Shown: positions 41,301-50,300 of the stretch, one piece after another
Numbering within the stretch: position 1 is the first letter of the stretch
How the letters are laid out: every line of letters begins with the position of its first letter
Assembly (NCBI GenBank): GCA_964619725.1
Contig: CAZUFC010000031.1
Location: forward strand, 1,414 to 65,413
Length of the DNA stretch: 64,000 bases
Source: an uncultured bacterium
GTDB taxonomy: Bacteria; CSSED10-310; CAZUFC01
Reading direction: 5' to 3'
Notes under the pieces: generated by a model
Told to the model about the DNA's origin: nothing
Databases searched by the model: none
The model's input: only the letters and a program-made list of their open reading frames with translations
Program-made: the position numbers and the translations under genes

Positions 41301-44300
41301 TGAGCGCCGTATTGAACTTTTTATCCGGGGAGGCTGCGGACTATATAACCTTAATACCCGGTGAAGTGACTGGAAAAGGTTGCATCGGCGAGACGAAAGA
41401 GTATGTTTTTAAGCTGACCAATATGGCGGAAGAATCGCATACCTTTGATATAACGATAGACAGCGTATGGCCTGCTGCGGGACCGCTCGCCGTTGGTCCT
41501 GTTGGAGCGGCCGAATACAATTATTTAATGGTTGAAGTAACTGTCCCGACTACTGCAACCGAAGGCGATACCGATACGATTACGATTACGGCCGAGTCTC
41601 AAGCCAACCCTGAACTGACGGATTCAGCCGTAATAGAAATGGAAGCGGACAATGAATACTGGCTTAAAATTTCAAGAAGCAGTTTAAAGCGCGTCGATCA
41701 CGCCGTGGTTGCCTGTAACGATAAAATCTACGTGTTCGGCGGCTACGAAGATTCTATGGGCCGCATAATGACCACAGAGATGTATGATCCGTCGACGGGA
41801 ACCTGGACGATCAAGAGCGCCGTTCCTTCGCCGGGACTGGAATGGAGATCGGACGGCAAAGCCATAGACGGCCTGATATACATTCCCGGGGAAACCGTCT
41901 CTCAAAATATGTATATATACGATACCATTCAGGATACCTGGACAGTCAGTGCGCTGGACGGGGCGACCGTGACGCGGGGATACGAAACAGCCGTAATAGA
42001 CGGAAAACTCTATAAAATGGGCGGAACAACAGGCTCCTCCGTCATAGCCGAAACCTCTGCCTATGATCCCTCTTTAGACACCTGGGAGACGAAAGCTTCC
42101 ATGCTGACGGAAAGAAAACATTTCATGAGCTGGAAATATGACGGAAAAATTTACGTCGCCGGAGGATTGGACGATGCTGATACTCCGTTATTATCCACGG
42201 AGTTTTACGATCCCTCGCTGGATACATGGACTCAGGATGCAGGTTTTTTTGCTTCTCTTCCTTACGCATGTTCAGGAGCGGCAGATGCGCTTCATAACGA
42301 CAAGATGTGGCTGGCAGGAGGTTTGATCGACGGCATCGATCCCTCGGATGCAACGACTCAGACCTTATATTATGATCCAGTATCTAATACGTGGCTGACC
42401 GGTCCGGAATATCCTGAAGCGACTTTCCGGCACGACATGGAGAGCACGAGCATGGGTATTGTTTCGGTCAGCGGCTGGAATGCGGATGGGGCGGACTATT
42501 CGGGTCTTGATGATTCGTACAGATTGAATGTATGCGCTGCGCCCAGCGTGATTGCGGTCTACCCTGAAGACGGAGCGATCGACGTGGACCTGAACACATT
42601 GATATTCATAGACTTTTCAGAGTCTATGGATGAATCTTCATTACTGGCGGCCGGAGCCGTTGCCGTATCAGGACCCGGCGGCGATTACACGGGCGGACTG
42701 GAATACGTGGAGTCCTGGAAACGTCTGATTTTCACAGTTGACGGAGCCTTTGGTTCCGGTGAACTTATAACAGTCACGGTTGATGCGGCGGTTACCGACC
42801 TGGACGGAATTGCCATGGATCAGGATTTCTCATTCAGCTTCACTGTCGGAACCTCCACTGACGATACGGCCCCTGCCCCCGTCACAGGACTTAACGCAAC
42901 CGATACGCCCGACGATCAGGGTAAAAGCATTGACCTGTCGTGGGATGCGAGTGCAGCCCCTGATCTGGCGTTTTATAAACTATATCGGGATACAAGTGAT
43001 ATGACCGATGTTACGGGACTTGATCCGATTGCAGAACTGTTTGTCACGGAATATACGGACACGGACATTCAAAACAACCTTGATTACTATTATGCCGTCA
43101 CTGCCGTCGATTATTCCGGAAATGAAAATACTTCCGTGACTTCAGCGGGACCCGTTCAGGCCGTCAATGATCTTATACCTGCAGCTCCCGATAATGTGAC
43201 CGCTGCACTGACTGATGAAACGGAAATCAAAGTCGAATGGGACCCTGTTAATGAACCTGACATTTCAGGATATCGCATTCACTGGGGAACGACTTCACCG
43301 ATCTTTATGGGCGAGTCGGAACACACTTACGGCGATCTGGACGAAATTCATGATCTGGGAACATGCGCTGTTCAAAACATCTATGTCTACGCATATTCAG
43401 GAGACAACGACACCCTGTATGCCCTGGTGGAAGGATACGACCCCGGCAGTCAGCTCTGGGATCAGCTTTATTCCGGAACAGGAGGAACAAGAATATTACT
43501 GGATGCCCCTTTAAGTCCCGCGGTCTATACAAAAATCAGAATCGTCCTGGATGATACTGAAAATAACGATACGATCTATTATGAATATGAATTCCAGACT
43601 GATTGCGGCGACTTTGAATTTACGGAGGACGTCGGCAATGTCGATGAGTATGTTTTCTCAGGTTTATCGGAATGCACGAATTACTATTTTGTAGTAACGG
43701 CGCTGGATGACGGCGGCAATGAAAGCGTCTATTCCAATGTCGACTCCGTCAGCACGGGACAAAGCGGCGCTCCGGCAATTCCAGCGGACATTCAAGCGAC
43801 CGGCGGCGAATTGATGGTCACCCTGGACTGGACGGCCAATACGGAATGCGATCTGGCGGGATACAACATATACCGCGCTTCTCAAAGCGGAGGCGATTAT
43901 ACTTTAATTGAAAACCTTTATGAGGGCGTCCAATATGAAGATTCTCCTTTACCCGGAGGACAACCGCTGTTTTACGTCATCACTGCCCAGGACGTCCTGG
44001 GCAACGAGAGCGCTTATTCCGTTGAAGTCAGCGCCGAACCTGTCGACAGCACTCCGCCGCTCGCGCCCGGAGGATTACAAGGGCGATTCAGAGACGCCGC
44101 AGTCTATCTCGAATGGGATGAATGCCTGGAAGACGACCTGGCCGGTTACAAAATATATTACGACATCTCTCCGGGAACATACGGTTCAAGTGTGGATGTA
44201 GGCGATACCACTGAATATGAATTGCAGGGCCTGACCAATGACGTTACTTACTACATCTGCGTCAGTTCTTATGATGCTTTCCTGAATGAGGGCGATAAGT

Positions 44301-47300
44301 CCTCCGAAATTCAATGCGTTCCTCAGGAAATGAAGTCCATTCTTCTGGTAGAAGATGATCTCGGCTCATATCGGTACGGTCATGTTTTCAATGATTCACT
44401 GAATGATCTGGGTTATGAACATAACTGGTGGCAGGTCCAGCTTCAGGGATATGTATGGCCTGACTATTACGACATGGAAGATTATGACGTCGTGATATGG
44501 ACGACCGGAGACGATACTTCCAGCACTCTGACCGATGAAGAGCAGATGAATCTGGCCGCTTTTCTGGACAATGGCGGGCATCTTTTCCTTTCAGGACAAA
44601 GAGTCGTAAGCAACATAGGATTAAACTGGTTCGTCCGGAATTTCCTGCATGTGACGGCTTTCGGGACTTATCAGTCGTATACCGTTACGGGTGAAGCCGG
44701 CGACGTCATTGGCGACGGTCTCGATCTTTCCCTGAGTTATCCCTACGGTTTCTGGAATTACGCCAACAGAATCGATCCCGATGAATATGCCGCTGTGGTC
44801 TTCAACAACGAATCCTCCTTCGCTACCGGCATCCGTTATCCTGCTTCAGGTACCGGAAATTACCGGGTCGTGCACCTGGCATTTCCTTTTGAGGCTGTTT
44901 CCGACAGTGATCCTGACCCGGATAATCGCAACTCGCTTATGAACCGGATAATGAACTGGTTGCTGTCTCCTGAAGTTATTCTCACGGACCCGGAAGACGG
45001 TGAAACCGATGTGGCGTTAAACCGGAACATTTCTGTTTTGTTCAGCGAAGAAATGGATGAAACGACAATGACGGACGCTACCGTACTGCTGGAAGGCTCT
45101 TTAAGCGGATCAATCAATAAAACTCTGCAATATATCGACGGTGCGGCCTCGCTGTGGATATGGCCGGAAAATGATTTCCAGGCTGGTGAAACCGTTACGG
45201 TTACATTGACGGACGATATACTCGATCCTTCGGGTATTCCTCTGGGCGGCGAATACATCTTCAGCTTCACCGCCGGCGATCAGACGGACGACGAAGCTCC
45301 GCAGCCCGTAACTGGACTGGTCGCACAGGATGCCCCCGACGATCAGGGCGGCAGAATTTCCCTGGACTGGGACGACAACGCGGAAACCGACCTGGCCTTC
45401 TACAATATCTATCGCGACACGGTTTCTTTCAGCGACGTTTCTTCCATGCTCCCCATAGCGAGTTCCCTGGAGTCTGCCTATATTGATGATGAAGCTTCTC
45501 TGGGAGTCGAGTTCTACTATGCGGCGACTGCAACGGACAACGCCGGCAACGAAGACACTGCGGTAGTTTCAGTAGGACCGGCGGAATCCATCGACAACAT
45601 TATTCCTCCAGCCCCTGAAAATTTCTCGGCTGAACTTTCTGACGATACATCTGCGCAAATGTCCTGGGATGCTTGCGATGAACCGGACGTCGTAGGTTAT
45701 CGCGTGCACTGGGGAACATTCTCTCCAGTCTTGTCAGGAGAATCCAATCATACTTACGGAGACCTGGACGACACCTATGATCTGGGATCATGCGCTGTTC
45801 AGAACATCTACCTTTATGTCTACTCATCAGATAACGATACGCTGTATGCCCAGGTCGAGGGATACGATCCCGTCGGAATGCAATGGGTCGGCATATATTC
45901 CGGGACGGGAGGCAGCAGGACCGTTCTTGACGGAGACATTGACCCGGTGCTTTACACCAAGATACGGGTATTCCTGAATGATACGGAACATAATGATGAA
46001 ATTTATTACAATTATGTGTTCCAGACCGCCTGCGATCAATTCGAATTCAGCTCATACGTCGGAAATGTAACGGAATATGAGCTGATCGGCCTGAACGAAT
46101 GCACTTTATACTATTTCGGAGTAACCTCCGTGGATGACGGCGGCAACGACAGCTTTTACGCGGACATCCAATCGCTCGACACCGGAATTCCGGGAGCGCC
46201 AGTCGTTCCTTCAGGCGTTCAGGCGCTCAGCGGAGAACTCATGGTGGCTCTTACCTGGACAGCCAATACCGAGTGCGATCTGGCCGGATACAATATATAT
46301 CGCAGCGACCAAAGCGGCGGTCCTTATGAGTTGATTGAGGAGCTTTACCAGGGAACGAATTATGAAGATTCGCCATTGCCGGGCGGACAGAATTTCTACT
46401 ACGTCATAACCGCAGAAGATCATTTGGAGCAGGAAAGCGGATATTCCGCCGAAGTTAATGCTGAACCTTCCGATACGACGCCGCCTGCTGTTCCTTCCGG
46501 GTTGAATGCTGTGTTCGGCGACGGAACAGTGCAGCTTTCCTGGACCGCCAACACCGAGGAAGACCTGGCTGGTTATAAAGTGTATTATGATGTTACGCCG
46601 GAAACTTACGGAAACGAAATCGACGTGGGAGACGTCACAGAGCATGAAATAAGCGGACTGGACAATGACGTCGTTTATTATTTCTCGGTTACGGCTTACG
46701 ACACATTCGCCAATGAAAGCGCCCCCTGCGCTGAGGTGCAATGTATTCCACAGGCGCTGGAACGCATTCTGCTCGTAGACGACGATGTGGGCAGTTACCA
46801 GAACGGAGCTGTATTCACGGATTCGCTGGATGATCTCAGCTACGAGTATAATCTGTGGAAAGCCTCGTTGCAGGGAGGCATAACGCCTGCTGCAGATTTC
46901 CTTAATCAGTACGACCTGGTTATATGGACGACCGGAGATGATTACAATAACACATTGACCGCGAACGATCAGAGCAATCTCAGCGCCTACCTGGACCAGG
47001 GCGGTTTCCTGTTCCTCTGCAGTCAACGTCTGACGGAAACGCTGGGCATCAATACCTTTGTTCAGAATTACCTGCACGGCGTGTCATGCGACTACACTCA
47101 GTCCTACACGCTGACGGGCGAAACGGGAGACCTGATCGGCGACGGTCTCAATCTCCCCTTAAGCTATCCGACAGGATATGCGCATGCAGCGAATAAAATC
47201 GAACCGGATGCTGAAGCAGCGACCATTCTCCGAAACAGCGAATCGGAACCTGCGGCCATCCGGTATCCGGCCGCCGGAGCTTCTGATTATCGAGTCGTCT

Positions 47301-50300
47301 TTTTCGCCTTCCCCTTCGAAGCCGTCTCTGACGCCGATCCTGATCCCGACAACCGTAATTCAGTCATGACCCGCGTCATGAACTGGCTGCTTTCCCCGCA
47401 GATATTGGACACGAATCCTGACGACGGCGCGGTGGACGTTCCTCTTAATCAGGCCATTTATGTAAAATTCAGCGAAGAAATGGACGAATCGACGGTAACG
47501 GAAACATCTGTGACTGTCGTCGGCGACATTACGGGACAATTTGATTTGACGTTCGAATACCGTGCCGGCGAAGAATCCTTATGGATATGGCCTGATGCGG
47601 ATTATCAGACGGGAGAACTCATTACCGTAACCTTAACCGTAGACTTGATGGACCTGTCCGGAATACCGATGGGTTCTGAATATACATTCAGCTTTACTGC
47701 AGGCGATGCCGCAGATACGCAGGCCCCTGCAGCAGTTACAGGATTGACCGCAGAAGACAAACCGGACGATCAGGGTGGAGTGATTTCGATGGCCTGGGAT
47801 GCCGGCGGCGAACCGGACCTGGCCTACTACAACATTTATCGTGAAGAGTCGGATTTCAGCGACGTCTCGACACTGACGCCGTTGACCACCACAGTCGCCA
47901 CGGCATACGAAGACGCTGACGCTCCTATTAGAATCGATTTTTATTACGCTGCCACAGCGGTTGATGCTTCAGGAAACGAGGATACTGCCGTCACGACCGT
48001 CGGACCTGTCCATTCCATCGATAATCTGCCGCCCGTAGCGCCTGTCGGACTGATGCCGCTCGGATACTACGCCCATACGTCACCGAACACCTATGGAAAT
48101 TACGACGATCAATACGATTTCCAGGGCAACCTGGTCCAGTACCTTTATCTTTACGTCTATTCCGGCGACAATGACACTCTCTCTGCATCCGTTCAGGGAT
48201 ACAATGTCGGAGCCGATGAATGGCAGACGGTATACAGCGGCTATGGAGGCACTAGGGTGGCCTGGAACGGCGGCTTTATGCCGGCTCTTTACGACAAAAT
48301 AAGAATTCAGTTGAACGATACGGAAGATAACGACATTATCCGGTATTCCTTCAAAATAACGACCATGCAGCCTTCCGATTCAATCGAGCTGGCCTGGGAA
48401 GCCAATACCGAACCTGATCTGGCCGGCTACAAGGTCTATTACGGGACGGAGACAGGCGTTTACACTGATGAAATTGATGTCGGAGACGTCATTCGCACAT
48501 TCGCCTCCGATCTTGACGAATGCGTCGATTACTACCTCGCCGTAACAGCTTACGACGAGTCACTAAATGAAAGCGGCTATTCGGCGGAAACGACTACCCA
48601 GACAAGCCAGACGAATGCTCCGGCGACTCCGGCCGGACTTTCCGGCGATGCCGGAGACGGACAAATAACCTTATCCTGGGATGCCAACCCGGAATGCGAT
48701 ATCGACGGTTATAATGTATATCGCAGTCTTACGAGCGGCACAGGATATACGCGCCAGAAGACGATCTATGACGGGACGAGTTACATTGACGGCGGCCTGG
48801 ATAACTATACTTACTACTATTACGTTATCTCGGCTGTAGACCGTGAAGGTCATGAAACATCCTTCTCGGATGAAATTTCGATCCGTCCCGTTGATATGAC
48901 TCCGCCGGCCGCTCCCACAGGACTCTATCTTGAACCTGACGAAACCTCATTATCAGTCAGTTGGAATGCCAACACAGAACCGGACCTGGCAGGTTACTAC
49001 CTGAAATACGGCACGGAATCAGGCGTTTACACGGAACAAATCAACGTCGGAAACATCACATCGCATACAGTATCCGGACTGACGAACGGACAGAGGTACT
49101 ATGCTGTCGTTTCAGCTTATGACCTCGAAATGAACGAAAGCGCTCATTCCGCGGAACGGTCCGCTGTTCCCGACATACTGAAGCCGATACTCCTGGTCGA
49201 CGACGATCAGCACGGCAACTATGATGCTTCACCCTACTTCATCGCCAGTCTTGATGCCAAAGGTTTCGATTATAATGTCTGGAATGAGGCTCAACAGGGC
49301 GGAGCGCCTGATGCCGCTTATCTTACTCAGTATTCTGAAGTTATATGGAGTCTCGGCAATGATTATCAGGTTACGTTAAGCGCTGAGGAACAGAACAGCA
49401 TATCCGCTTTCCTGGATGCAGGCGGCAATCTTTTACTGTCCGGACAGTACTTGCTGACGGATATTGGATTGACCGATTTCGTTACGGACTATCTGCACAT
49501 TACTGCCTATAACAGTTGGGTGCAATCAGCCGTAGTTACGGGAGTCACCGACGATCCGATCGGCGACGGGCTTAATCTTAACATGAACTATCACTACGGC
49601 TATCATGACGATGCGAATGAAATCACCGGAGATGCTGAAACTGCCGACGTATTCCTGAATGGAAGCGGGAATCCCTGTGGAATCAGGTATCCGGACACCG
49701 GCGTTTCAACTTACCGTGCGGTCTGCCTGGCTTTTCCGCTCGATGCCGTTGCTTCAGGCGATCCCGCGCCCAACAACCAGGCTGAAGTCCTCGAACGCAT
49801 ACTGAACTGGCTGATGGCGCCTTTGGTCCTCAGCTCAAATCCTGAAGACGGAGCGACCGATGTGGACCGGACAGCCAATGTCTATGTTACTTTCAACAAG
49901 GACATGAATCCTTCAACGATAAATGCCGGCAGTTTTATGCTTACCGGTTCCGTATCCGGTTCGATTGCGGGTGAATATTCATACCTCGAAGAATTGAAGA
50001 CCGCGGAATTTGCTCCCGCAGTATCCTTTGAAACAGGCGAACAGGTCGACCTCCTCCTTACTGTTGATATTCAGGACGTGCACGGTACGGCGCTGGCCGG
50101 CGAGCATACATTCTCCTTTACTGTCGGAAGCGCGGAAGATACGGAAGCTCCGCCCATGATCACAGGATTGACCGCTGCGGATACGCCCGATGATGACGGC
50201 GGTTCCATCGATCTCAATTGGGATGCATCAGCGGCGACCGACCTGGCTTATTACAGGGTTTACAGAAATATCTACCCCATTGGAAGCGTCGCCAGCCTCA

